A DNA stretch of 64,000 nucleotides from Octopus vulgaris (GCA_951406725.2 OX597830.1:64604001-64668000); one strand, 5' to 3'; positions 42,507 to 56,035 are shown, counted from the first letter of the stretch. Notes: a model not told the origin generated them from the sequence alone. A program made the numbers and translations.

Positions 42507-43029
42507 GTGTATGTATGTACACACACATACATGTGTGTGTGTGTGTATTTTAAGTGCATATGCATGCATATGGATATATGTGTATATCTGTCTGACTGGC
42601 TGTCAGCCTGTCTCAATCTCTCTCTCTTTCTTTCTCCCTCTCTCCATCCCCCTCTCTCTATATGTGTGTGTGCGTTTATGTATGTATGTACGTATGTATG
42701 TATGTATGTATGTATGTATGTATGTATGTATGTATGTATGTATGTATGTTTGTTTGTTCGTATACTAGTGTATATACGTAGACAGAGATAGAGAGAGGCT
42801 GAGAGATTTAAATAGCGACCGAGTTAGGGAAGATGTAAAAAAGAGCAATAGTTCGATCAAAGAGACAAGAAGATGAGAAAATGGAAGGTAAAGGCTGAAA
42901 TACTTCATTAGTAACCCATCAATTTTGACAACTGATATTCTTTCAGTGAACAGTGAAATTGAGTGTAAACAGCTCTTGGCTTAAAAGTTGTTCAGAAGAG
43001 GCCGGGAAGTACACATCACCTTTAGCAAA

Positions 43030-43247
43030 GGTTTTGAAATTTTGGCACAAGACCAGCAATTTCGGGGAAAGAGGTGATAAATCGATTACAATATTCCCAG
43101 TGCGAAACTAGTACATATTTTATCGACCCCCCGAGAGATTAAAAGGCAAAGGCGACCTCGGCGGAATTTGAACTCAGAACGTAAAGACGGACAAAATGCC
43201 GCTAAGCATTTTGCCTCGCGTGATGACATTTCTGCTAGTTCGACTCC

Positions 43248-43281
<34 letters not shown>

Positions 43282-43548
43282 CAGCAATAATAATAATAAT
43301 AATAACAGTTTCATATTTTGACACAGGTGAATAATTTCGGGGAGGGGCCGAGTTGATTACATCGGCCCCAGTGTTCAAATGGCACTTATATTATCGACTT
43401 CGAAAGGAAGAAAGGCAAAGTCGACCTCGGCGGAATTTGAACTCAGAACAGAGCGACGGGCGAAATACCGCTAAACATTTTGTCCGGGGCGTTGACGGTT
43501 CTGCTAGTTCGCCGCCTTAATAATTATTGTGATAATAACAATGATGAA

Positions 43549-43579
<31 letters not shown>

Positions 43580-44123
43580 ATAATAATGGTTTCAAATTTT
43601 GCCAAGCGGGCGGCAGTTTGGGGGGGAGGGGATGAATCGATTACTTCGACCCTAGTGTTCAACTAGGACTTAATTTATCGACCCTAAAAGGATGAAAGGC
43701 AAAGTTCACCTCTGACGAAATGCCCATTTCTTTACTACCCACAAGGGGCTAAACACAGAGAGGACAAACAAGGACAGATTATATCGACCCCAGTGCGTAA
43801 CTGGTATTTATTTAATCGACCCCGAAAGGATGAAAGGCAAAGTCGACCTCGGCGGAATTTGAACTCAGAAAGTAGTGGCAGACGAAATACCTATTTCTTT
43901 ATTACCCACAAGGGGCTAAACACAGAGGGGACAAAGAAGGACAGACAAACGGATTAAGTCGATTACATCGACCCCAGCGCGTAACTGGTACTTAATTTAT
44001 CGACCCCGAAAGGATGAAAGGCAAAGTCGACGTCGGCGGAATTTGAACTCAGAACGTAACGGCAGACGAAGTACGGTTACGCATTTCGCCCGGCGTGCTA
44101 ACGTTTCTGCCAGCTCGCCGCCG
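43030..44123 (-). mobile_element. Tandem cluster of about five family C SINE copies
   Basis: ATCGAC(C)CCGAAAGGATGAAAGGCAAAG-like motif near 43120, 43393, 43677, 43815 and 43999, all in the same orientation. Confidence 0.85.
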
Positions 44124-44582
44124 TTAACTAGCTACATATTCTGGCGAGGTAAATGTAATTAGTGTCGAATTTGTGGGTACACCTGCCGGAGAGAAGAAAA
44201 TTCTTGTAGGGGTTCTGATCTCTTAAAAGTATAAGTATTGGGCAAAACTTTTATTTATAAGTTTTAAGAGCCACTCCGCATTGAAAGGTCACAGTTGCGC
44301 TACTATTGGCACGTGATTAGGATGTCTCAGGAACGAATCGCAAGACCGATTTTTTCAAGCCATGCCAACGAGCAGGAGACCTAAGAAAAACCAGGAACAA
44401 AATAGATAATATCTATTGGTTTCAGTTGGCCACATTTGGGAAACTAGCCAGAAAGTGTAATTAAAAAATTTCTTCTGATAGGATCCAATGGAGGAGGTGC
44501 TTGAGGAGTCTATCGCTACAAGCCTCCCAGGAATAGTGGGTGGAGTAAATATATATATATATATATAGATAGATAGATATAT

Positions 44583-44671
<89 letters not shown>

Positions 44672-44750
44672 GGGGTGGATGGCTGGATTGATGGTTAGAT
44701 AGTAAGATAAATAGATTGATAGATAGACTGACAGATGGACTGATAGATAA

Positions 44751-44806
<56 letters not shown>

Positions 44807-44999
44807 ATAGATAAATAGATAGACAGATAGATACATGAATGGATGCATAGATAGTTAGATGGATAAATAGACAAATGGATTGTAGATGAATAAATAGATG
44901 GATGGATAGCTGGAAAGATTGATAGATATACAGATAGATGGATAGATAGATAGATAGATACATAGATAGAACGGTTGGTGGATGGATAGATAGATAGGT

Positions 45000-45196
45000 A
45001 CAAAGCCTCAAACTTTGGAGAGGGGATTAAATCGATTACATCGAACTCAACGTGTAACTTGTACTTATTTAATCGACCCCGAAAGGATGAAAGGTAAAGT
45101 CGATGTCGGCGGAATTTGAACTCAGAACGTAAAGATGGACGAAATACCGCTATGCATTTCGTCTGGTCTACTAACGATTCTGCCAGCTCACCGCCT
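45000..45196 (-). mobile_element. SINE family C
   Basis: Same head and Nin/Deu-like motif. Confidence 0.85.
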
Positions 45197-46515
45197 TTCG
45201 ATGTTCTGTAAAATGACATGCTGTTGTTATATTGGAGCCCACGAAGACACCTATGAGTGAGTGAACAACAGTTTAGAAATAGCAGCCAAATCTCCACATA
45301 TTCATAACATATTCTACATTCTTAAAATAAAAAGGAAGGACATTTCGATAATATAGTCTTATATGTACTATGACTTGTCGATTCATGATAAAGTTTTTAT
45401 TTATATTTTAAAAATATTTAACATAAATCTCGTAGGGAAAGAAAGCATTGTACAGGACCTCTGATTATCTTCATGCAAGAGACGTGACTAGAAACTTCGT
45501 CACAGAATGGACCCTGTTGAAGGCACCCAACTTTCCAGGAGGTGATGATGGTCTTATATCGGGTGACAGATCAAGTTTACCCATTATGTAAGCCACGGTG
45601 GGATATGAACTCAGAATGCGAGGATATAGAGCAACCGAATACGGCATAGCATTTTGCATTTTTTTTTTTTTTTTTGCATTTCTGCCAATCAATCCCGTTG
45701 AATTGGTACCTTTTTATTTGTCCCTGAAAGTAAAAAAAAAAAAAAAAAAAAAAAAGAAAATTAAGTCTTGACTTCGATGGTATGATTTGAACTCAGAGCG
45801 TTATGCACCGTAACAAATACGTTGCCAGTGCACTGCCCGAGGCATTTGTTTATTTTCTTCATTAAACAATGCACGCTATGTAAATAACCTGGTAAACTAG
45901 GACGATATGGTGGGCTGAATGAAAAGCAAAAGCTAAAAATAACTCTAAATAATGGGCAACGCGTGTTTGTGTGATTTTATTTCCTAAAAAGGGAGTGGCA
46001 CATACGAAACTTAACGTCACCTACGCATGCGCTTCTTCCACAAACAACCCGGACATTCGTATATCTCTCATTATCATCTAACAATCCATCCCGTAACTAT
46101 TTGTCATACACCCCCAGTCAATAATTACCTTTCATTTTCCACTCTCTTTCTCTGCCTCTATCTGTCTGTCTGTCTCTCTCCGTCTAACCTCGCACAAACA
46201 CTATTATTACATCATATTTCTATATCTCATTTTTTTTCCCATTGTTCAAATGCCACGGATTAAAAGAATAAAGTAAATAATTCATTGAACTCTTCATATC
46301 GCTCCGTCATTTCCCCATTTTACCATTTCTGTATGACAAACTTAATCTCTTCCTATCTATCTGTTTAGCTTTTTATCTATCTAAACAAATACTCCCAAAA
46401 TACCACATAATATCACATACAATCACACAAGCGTATTACATACTATATACATACATGCATGCATACATACATAAATGCATACCTACACACACTTACGTTC
46501 ACGTATACAATCATT

Positions 46516-46555
<40 letters not shown>

Positions 46556-46562
46556 TAAGGGC

Positions 46563-46607
<45 letters not shown>

Positions 46608-46754
46608 TACATGCATACATACATACATACATACACCCCTTCGATCACGAATGACCATTTCATTGCGCCTAGAAACATATATACGCAAACATATATACGT
46701 ATGTATATCCGTCAATCTGTCTATGTATCTATATGTATGCGTATATGTATATAT

Positions 46755-47073
46755 GCATGGCTCAGTGGTTAGAGCATCAGGCTTACAATCGTAGTAGAAT
46801 TGCTGATTCGATTCCTGGACCTGGCTGTTGGATTTGTTCTTGAGCAAGACACTTTATTTCAGGTTTTTCCAATTCACTCGACTGAAGGAATGAGTTGCGA
46901 TGTCACTAGTGCCAAGCTGTATTGACCTTTCCTTTGGATAACATCTGTGATGTGGAGAAGAGAAGTTGGTATGCGTGGGCGACTGCTGGCCTTCCATAAA
47001 CAACTTTGCCTGGACTTGCGCCATGGAGGGGAACTTTCTAGGCGCAATCAAGTGGTCATTCGTGATCGAAGGG

Positions 47074-47074
<1 letters not shown>
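46755..47074 (+). mobile_element. tRNA-derived SINE family E
   Basis: A box TGGCTCAGTGG, B-box-like ATTCGATTCC; second copy at 58845-59133 (-). Confidence 0.8.
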
Positions 47075-47146
<72 letters not shown>

Positions 47147-47264
47147 TGTATGTATGTATGTATGTATGTACGTATGTGTGTGTGTATGTATGTATGTATG
47201 TATGTATGTATGCATGCATGTATGTATGTATGTATGCATATATATATGTGTATATATATGTGGC

Positions 47265-47698
47265 CTTAGTCCACCTATGCATACCTTTCCTTCTTCGGAC
47301 ACAAAACTCTACTTGTGAAGACTTGTTGAGGCAAGTGAAAATCAAAATCAAAATCAAAATCGATCAACATTCAATAGAAATCGTAGCTGTGATACCAGTG
47401 CCGGTGGCACATAAGAGAACCATCCGAACGTAGCCGTTGCCAGCACCGCCCCGACTGGTACGTAAAAAGCGCCGTATGATCGTGGCCGTTTGCCAGCCCC
47501 GTCTGGCACCTGTGCCTGTGGCACGTAAAAAGCACTCACTACACTCATGGAGTGGTTGGCGTTAGGAAGGGCATCCAGCCGTAGAAATTTTGCCAGATCA
47601 GACTGGGCCTGGTGCAGCCTTCTGGCTTCACTGACCCCAGTTGAACCGTCCAACCCATGCCAGCTGGAAAGCGGACGCTAAAAGATTATGATGATGAT
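47265..47698 (+). mobile_element. SINE family D (Meta-domain-like)
   Basis: GGTTGGCGTTAGGAAGGGCATCCAGCCGTAGAAA, CCATGCCAGC tail and (TGA)n end. Confidence 0.75.
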
Positions 47699-47708
47699 AT
47701 ATATATAC

Positions 47709-47786
<78 letters not shown>

Positions 47787-47929
47787 GCATATAAGCATTA
47801 TTGATTGAATGATGTATAAATATGTATATACGTACATGCATAACTGAGTGCGTATGCGTATATGTTGTGTTTATACTCCGTCCCTCTACGACCTGTAATG
47901 TAACTGTTCAATAAATATTGATGAAATAA

Positions 47930-48250
47930 ATATCTCACGTTTCAGTAAATACAGGAGTCTTGATGATCGAATACTCTCTTCGAAGCAGTTCCTCAGAATG
48001 GCTGGAAGCCAATGACTGGAACACGTATTACATTCGTTGAACATCGCCTCGTCCAGTCGGCTGGTGACACCCATTAGCAAGTTTAAAGTAATAAAAAAAA
48101 CCTCAAGCCTTATAAGCGGTGTTCAATATTGTTAACGTTTAGCATATACCTTTAAAATCACCAAAGAAGAATCTGAGTATATGTCGGCAGGTCGCAATTA
48201 GCTCAGCCCTTTTATTTAAAATTGCTCTAGGATAAAAGTTGTAATAGAAC
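47930..48250 (-). mobile_element. Penelope-like element 3' remnant
   Basis: LNKRAELIATCRH (48181-48219) matches the C-terminal LNKRxELxxxCRH motif that follows the GIY-YIG domain. Downstream CTGAGGA...GAAACGT is hammerhead-like (47933-47999). Confidence 0.6.
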
Positions 48251-48430
48251 AGTGTAGGCAATAAGTAAAGAAGTTCGTTTTTCAATTTTTCAAGTTGCAG
48301 GCTTCGAAAACACTGAGTGGGATTTTGGACAAGTGATTTTCCTTTCGCCTCGGGTTGACTCATACTGTTCAGCGCAATCAGTCGGGTGGAAACACTGTGT
48401 AACGCACCCGACGGATGGATGATACGAATA

Positions 48431-48632
48431 CAGTAACCCATCGCCATATCACAGTTCACCTGTTGTGGTTTATTATTTAAGCTTACGTTTATTCCTCTGT
48501 GGTGTTGCTTTGCATTTATAATAAAATAAATATACACAAATTATAAAAATAATACAAAAATATGCAGTACAATACTGTTTCTACTTTGCGGGTTTTCACC
48601 TATCGCGGGGGGGGGGGGGTTGGAACGTAACA
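48431..48632 (+). mobile_element. Tigger/pogo-like MITE remnant
   Basis: TA-CAGTAACCCATCGCCATATC start, with a repeated TTCACCT(A/G)T(C/T)G(C/T)GG subterminal motif; right end missing. Confidence 0.5.
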
Positions 48633-49000
48633 CTAGCTGTGTCATACAGGATGTCACACTGATTCTGCCTGCCAATAACGTTAAGGGAGTACGAGTCCGT
48701 GGAATATTCAGCCACTTAGATATTAACTGTATGAGCTTTCTAATGCGTGCATCTATATCTGAAATGGTCTGTTTATATATGTATGTGTATATGTATGTGT
48801 ATGTATGTATCTGTCTGTATATATGTCTGTCTGTCTGTTAGACTATCTGTCTGGCTGTCTATCTGTCTGTCTAACTATCTAACTGTCTGCCAGTCTGTCT
48901 ATTCCTTTGTCTGTTTATATGTATGTATATACATAAACGCATACATATAGATACATATATATATCATATAAGTATATGTAAGTATATATTAATGTCTGGT

Positions 49001-49062
<62 letters not shown>

Positions 49063-49065
<3 letters not shown>

Positions 49066-49726
49066 AATGTGAGGATAAAATTCTTTTCGAAAAAAAAGTA
49101 TTTTCTTGAAAAAAATTTTATCAATGGCCAGCATATTAAAAAATACCATTAACGGTTAAATTTATAAACAATTCATAAATGAGGGCAAAGGAAAAATTTT
49201 CTAATGCAAAATATGCCGAAAAATTGGACATATTGTCCATTAACCATAAATTTTTTCACAATACGCACGCTACTCGAAAAAAGGTCGATAGATATTTCTA
49301 AAAATTCCATTATTACCATATCGGACCGATTTCAGAGTTAGCTACTAAGAGCCCTCTCTTCGTCAGTGATACATGTGGCAAAAGAAATAAATGAGATACT
49401 TACTCATACCCATGGAAGAAGCAAATACTAAGTCATGGGCACAACTAAGTACCCCAAATACATCCAAAATAGAAATACTCCAGCCCATTCGAGGCACGTG
49501 CGATTTGAACTGAGGCTCTCATAGAGTGAGATAGTTCGGAAGTGAACGCTTAAATTTATATCAAATGTGAGAATAAAATTCTTTTCGAAAAAAATATTTT
49601 CTCGAAAAAAATTTTATCAATGGCCAGCATATTAAAAAATACCTTTAACGGTTAAGTTTATAAACAATTCATAAATGAGACATATTTGGCATTACAAAGT
49701 TTTTCCTTTGCCCTCATTTATGAATT
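49063..49726 (-). mobile_element. Penelope-like pLTR structure: 498-bp unit, partial direct repeat, short inversion, with hammerhead
   Basis: 49063-49183 is repeated at 49561-49679; 49681-49726 is an inverted copy of 49170-49215; hammerhead at 49318-49372. Confidence 0.7.
49318..49372 (-). ncRNA. Type I hammerhead motif
   Basis: GTATCA-CTGACGA-AGAG...CTCT-GAAA-TCGG-TC-CGATAT. Confidence 0.65.
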
Positions 49727-49727
49727 A

Positions 49728-49758
<31 letters not shown>

Positions 49759-50207
49759 ATATATATATATATATATATATACATACATATATATATCTAT
49801 ATATATACATACATATACATATTTTATATATTATTAATAAGATTATGTAAATATATTTGGAAATATATATATATATGTAAAATAAAGTATAATTGGAAGG
49901 TACTGCATGAGTTAAAATATATAGGGAAGGTGATTTGAAAATGCTGAGGTCTTTTAAAGATGTTTATTGATTTGACCGGTTTCATTTAAAAGAAAAAACG
50001 ATTTTCAAAAGTAAACTGTAAGGCATTGTATAGCCTTTGTGGTGTTAAAAATAGTTAACATAGATGTATTTAAATACAGTGAAAGAGTCTTTGTTTCAAA
50101 TCCTCTTCCCTATACATACATACATACATACATACATACATACATACATACATACATACATACATACATACATACATACATACATACATACATACATGCA
50201 TACATAC

Positions 50208-50241
<34 letters not shown>

Positions 50242-50744
50242 TTAAATCCTTAAAATCCTTAAAAATGTTTTAGCCCAGAATGAAAATGGAGAGTTTAAAC
50301 TGGCATATGCTAATTTATTAACATAATATATTATTATTATTATATAAAAGTAAATATAATCCATACAATTGTTTCAATTCATACCCTAAAACCGACAACA
50401 AATTTATAGAAATTCGTATTATAGAAATATTTTGAGTAAGAATCTCATCGGCGTAAATCGAACGAAAATCACATATGATTAGTCTCAAATCGTAAAACAA
50501 ACTGAATCAATAAATGTTTATGTTTGTAAGTGTGATCGTCAATAATTAAATTGAAAATAAATAAAATAAGATAAAATAAAATTAAAACTAATATAACGGC
50601 TTTAAAATATGTGTGTATATTTAAGAATATTAATTTAAGTATATTTCTGCGCGTCAGCATTTTAAAACAGAAACAATTCGTTATTAATCTATTGTATAAT
50701 AGTAAATACTGACTTTCAGTTCTATGCTATTAAGAAAATTATAC

Positions 50745-50801
<57 letters not shown>

Positions 50802-51019
50802 ACACATACACACACGCACAAACAAATTCTCAGAAAATATCCTTTACCCCAACCACGCCGACACGAAATAGTATTATAATTAATTTTATAATTTAATAAA
50901 TTATATTATAGTCATTATTTATTAGCCATACTAATGCTTACGCGAAGAATTCAATCAAAAGTTACTTAGTTTCTTTTAAAAAATGAAATAAACTCATGCA
51001 AATACATTATGTGTATGCG

Positions 51020-51039
<20 letters not shown>

Positions 51040-51050
<11 letters not shown>

Positions 51051-51406
51051 GAGGGCACTATTACACATAGATGCCTGACGCTAATAGGGACTCTTAAAGT
51101 CAAAACTACTAAAATAAGTAAACACGTTGTACCGAAACAATTTTCGAAGCAAGTCATTTAAAAACAGAATTTAGCCACATTTATTCATTATATAACTTGA
51201 ATTATGCACACACTGAAGAGCAAAGAGCGTATATTATTGCGCTGATTACGAAATCACAGTATGATATGTGGCTAAATTCTGTTTTTAAATGACTTGCTTC
51301 GAGAATTGTTTCGGTACAACGTGTTTACTTATTTTAGCAGTTTTGACTTTAAGAGTCCCTCTTAGTGTGAGGCATCTATGTGTAAGAGTGTCCTCTGTAT
51401 AATATA
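51040..51406. repeat. Inverted repeat (141-bp arms) with a hammerhead motif in the 85-nt spacer
   Basis: 51040-51180 pairs with 51266-51406; CTGAAGA at 51213, GAAA at 51250, GTA at 51259. Confidence 0.85.
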
Positions 51407-51499
51407 AATAAATAAATTTAAAAGAAAAAAATGATGTTTTTTTTTCTCTTATGAGGTTTTTCACGCTAACTACTTGATAAGTTCTTATGAAGATTTTAT

Positions 51500-51606
<107 letters not shown>

Positions 51607-51875
51607 GTATATATATATATGTATATATATATATATGTATATATATATATTTAAATATGAAAAATTAATTTATTAGGTTTTTATTATATGTGCATATATA
51701 TTTATTTATAGAGATTTTATCTCTAATTTAATATAATATAATATAATGTAATATATTTATACTATAAAATTGGATTTAATCCTAAATCTGATTTTTCCCT
51801 GTAAGTTTGGATTTATTCCCTAATATTTTATTATATATATATATATATATATGTTTGTATGTATATGTATATATG

Positions 51876-52270
51876 CAGAGGAGTGACTGTGTGGTAAGTA
51901 GGTTGCTTACAAACCACATGGTCCCGGGTTCAGTTCCACTGCATGGCACCGTGGGCAAGCGTCTTCTACTATAGCTTCGGGTCGACCAATGCCTTGTGAG
52001 AGGATTTTGTAGATGGAAACTGAAAGAATCCTGTCCTATACATATATGTATATACGTGTGTGTGTATATGTCTGTGTGTCTGTGTTTTACAACCGATTCT
52101 GGTGCGTTTGCCTCTCCGTTACCTAGCGGTTCGACAAAAAAAAAACCGATAGGATAACTACCAGGCTTACAAAGAATAAGTCCTGGGGTCGATTTGCTCG
52201 ACTAAAGGCGGTGCTCCAGCATGGCCGCAGTCAAATGGCTGAAATAAGTAAAAGAAACAAAAAGAATAAA
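51876..52270 (+). mobile_element. SINE family A
   Basis: Matches 1210-1610. Confidence 0.85.
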
Positions 52271-52464
52271 AAATGTGCAACGGAAATGCTTGGTGCGCAT
52301 GCACACATACATTGGTCGACATAAACGCACACAAAACACACGTATATATACACACACGAATACTTGTATAGAACCACCACCACCACCACCACCTCCACCA
52401 TTACCACCCCCATATCAGCATCATCAGCAGTATAATCACCATTATTAACATTTTTTAAATAATT

Positions 52465-52478
52465 TATCATTATTATTA

Positions 52479-52533
<55 letters not shown>

Positions 52534-52541
52534 CATTATTA

Positions 52542-52587
<46 letters not shown>

Positions 52588-52712
52588 CATTATTATCATT
52601 ATTATTATTATTATTATTATCATTATTATTATTATTATTATCATTATTATTATTATTATTATTATCATTATTATTATTATTATTATCATTATTATTATTA
52701 TTATTATTATTA

Positions 52713-52744
<32 letters not shown>
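52465..52744. repeat. (TTA/TCA)n microsatellite
   Basis: Direct reading. Confidence 0.95.
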
Positions 52745-53128
52745 GACATCTCGTTTCACGGTGTGAGATCAGCAAAATTGCATTTTGCACGCTTCAGAAA
52801 AGGACCGAACCCAACGCATTCTATCTGAATATGCCAGGAAATAGTTTAATTAATAACATTCAAATCTTCTTCCATATCTTCACAAAACATTTCGAAGCAG
52901 TTCGAACCCATTGGAAGTCAATAATCTCAGGATTTCCTCTTCGAACTCACCCTTAACAAACAGGCTTAACTAAAGCGTCCGTGACGTCAACAGGTCATGT
53001 GACCTAAAGCAAACAAAAGTGCGGAAAGAGATATTTATTAAGTGTAATTTCTTATCAGTCCTTTTGTATCTCTCTTTCCTATCTCTTTATCATCAGATAA
53101 GTGTGTGTGTGTGTATATATATATATAG

Positions 53129-53170
<42 letters not shown>

Positions 53171-53290
53171 ACATGAATGTACGTTTGCATGTATGCCTCG
53201 CTTCAATGGAATTTCCTAGGATACACGCAATTTCCTCTGCTTAAGAGAGCAGAAGGACACGTACCTAAAAAAAAATCATGCGCACGCACA

Positions 53291-53336
<46 letters not shown>

Positions 53337-53618
53337 CTCATAAAATATCTTTTATCCCAACCACGCCGACACGAAATAATATAATTATGCACATTGCACA
53401 TTTGTATGTTTGCCTATTTTAACAGGTACCCATGTGTGTTTGTGTGTGAGTATATCTATCTATCTACCTATCTATCTATTTATCTACATTGAGTGAAAGA
53501 CGGGATGGACGCTTCATTTTTGTGCTGGTGCCCCACTCTGTCGTACGCGACTGTGAGGATTTGCATCCCCAACGTAGAATTTATGATGTAATACATGTCC
53601 TTGAAGTAGTAATTGTGC

Positions 53619-53696
53619 GCGGCTGAAGAAGGCCATAGACACACATTATGCATTGTTATAAATCCGTCTAATAAAGGCCCGAAACATATGTACCGC
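53619..53696 (+). ncRNA. Type I hammerhead ribozyme motif, intact core
   Basis: GCGG-CTGAAGA-aGGCCaTAGAC...GTCTA..GGCCc-GAAA-CATATG-TA-CCGC. Confidence 0.75.
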
Positions 53697-53730
53697 TGAA
53701 TCCTTGGCATCATGTTTTTATTTTGATTAA

Positions 53731-53789
<59 letters not shown>

Positions 53790-53792
53790 GTC

Positions 53793-53852
<60 letters not shown>

Positions 53853-53865
53853 CCTACCTACCTAC

Positions 53866-53916
<51 letters not shown>

Positions 53917-53939
53917 AAAAAAGAAATATAAAATGTAAC

Positions 53940-54243
53940 TTCATTGACCGAGGTTACCGTGGTCTTTTCCGTAGGCTTTTCTTTCCACGGGTAAACCTCA
54001 CCTGTCCTCCCCTTTACACTTCATATTGACATTTCTGTGATAACGATCCCTATTGATCAATTTTTTTCCTCTCCCCCTTTTTTTTAACCCCCACTTTTTT
54101 GTCCTCTTTCTCTCCTTTTACGATCCCTTTTGATCGAAACTTCCCCCTTCCTTTTTTTTTTTTTTTTTAACCCTTCAAAAGAAAAGCTCTACCTTGTAAT
54201 TTGTTCTATCTGTGTGCAGCCCTGTGTGGCTAATAAAGAAACA
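53940..54243 (+). mobile_element. L1/Tx1-like LINE 3' UTR
   Basis: Homologous to 12155-12255; AATAAA at 54232; (TATC)n on both sides. Confidence 0.55.
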
Positions 54244-54275
54244 TATCTATGTCTCTATCTATCTATCTATCTATC

Positions 54276-54339
<64 letters not shown>

Positions 54340-54417
54340 TCACCTATCTATCTATTCGCATGCCTGTCTGTCCGTCTGCTGTCACAGTATATATGTATGT
54401 ATGTATGTATGAAAAAA

Positions 54418-54463
<46 letters not shown>

Positions 54464-54519
54464 CTTAAATCCTCAAAAATGTTTTAGCCCGAAGGGTGCG
54501 GCCATGCTGGGGCACCACC

Positions 54520-54573
<54 letters not shown>

Positions 54574-55249
54574 GCACACATATACACACACACATAAATA
54601 TATACCTTGCGTTAACACAGAAAATTTTCGACAATTGATGTAATGTAATATATGTGCTATAAGTCCTCCGTTTGGTTTACCACTAAAACTGCGACTTGAA
54701 CTGCAAATTATTTCGCTGAAATTACCTATCAAAGGTGGTTAGAACTGGTTAATCATTGAACAGAGAATGAACAAGTAAAAAATTCGCCATTAATCAAGGA
54801 CATTTAATTTGTTATTTATAAAATAAACACGATGCAGAACAGTTATAAAAATAAAATACGTAACGTCTCTTGAAGCTCTTTCTAGAATTGGTAGGCAAAT
54901 GGATAATATGGAGTAAAGAGTTCCACGAAAGGTAAAGATTCCGACATCGAAGAGGGGAAAGAAAAAGAAAAAGTAAAAAAGAAGGGGAAAATGTAGAAAT
55001 ATTGAATATCCTCAATCAAAGATATTATTAGTCACTAGTTTTTTTTTTGAGGAGCCAAGGAATTTCCAGAGTAAAAGATAAATCAGTTTGGCATTTCAAT
55101 GATTGAAGAGTTAGTAGAATCCTCGTTAAAAAAGAAAAAAGGATGTCAACAATTCCATGGGTAAGGTTCTAGGATGTAGAATAGTCCCTGGTACAGGATA
55201 ATGGAAGTCATTGGTTACTTGTTCCTTAACTGGTATAATATATACATAC

Positions 55250-55321
<72 letters not shown>

Positions 55322-55324
<3 letters not shown>

Positions 55325-55490
55325 TTTCTCTCCTTGTTTTTTTCTGTGTATCTTTCTTTCGAAGAGCGTAGGCTCGAAACGTAAAAGACTTTTTCTACTT
55401 CTATTCCTGAGCACCATACTAATACATTTGTTTGTTTGTACTCCACCTGCCTTCGTCTTTTGTTTATTTTCGTAAACCTTCCCGTTATAT
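55322..55490 (+). mobile_element. Penelope-like pLTR remnant with mutated hammerhead (55351-55388)
   Basis: TCTTT-CTttCGA-aGAGC gtag GCTC-GAAA-CG-TA-AAAGA, flanked by (TA)n. Confidence 0.5.
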
Positions 55491-56035
55491 ATATACATAT
55501 ATGTAAGTGTGTATGTATGCATATATACACACAATTGTCACTAGTAGTGACTGAGGGTGCATGGTAGCACCTACATTGCCGGAAATAAGAGTCAAAGATC
55601 CTTATAGTCAGAAACATAGCACAAACCATCTATATTATAATTTTCACATTACTATTTTGCGGAATCAGCCATTGATACTTATTGTAAAATCTATATACTG
55701 AGAGGTAAGACTTGGCTTAACTATCAGCGATATAGTTGTGCTACTGATGAGCTTTGATTTCAAGCAAAACTAGCTTGCCAATATAGTACCATCGCTCGCT
55801 GTGGGGCGGTTAATTCCCCTGTCAGTGCATTGACTTGTTGTATGTTTGTTGTTATAGGGACTTTGGCTTTTATTTCTAGTAAAACTAATTCTTAATAATG
55901 GACATCTAGCCACCTTTATCATTTAATATATATAGATACAAATCAGAACGCAGAGACACCGTTAGAGCATTAGAAACATTGGGTTAATTAACCTTATAAA
56001 ACGGAAAAGTTTGTTAACAACCAGCTGTATACCTG

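Noticed and set aside
46024-46032. NRF1-like CGCATGCGC
   Set aside because: A single partial motif; similar strings arise in the TG/CA-rich background.
53480-53713. 77-aa ORF
   Set aside because: It is antisense to a hammerhead motif, with no recognisable protein features.
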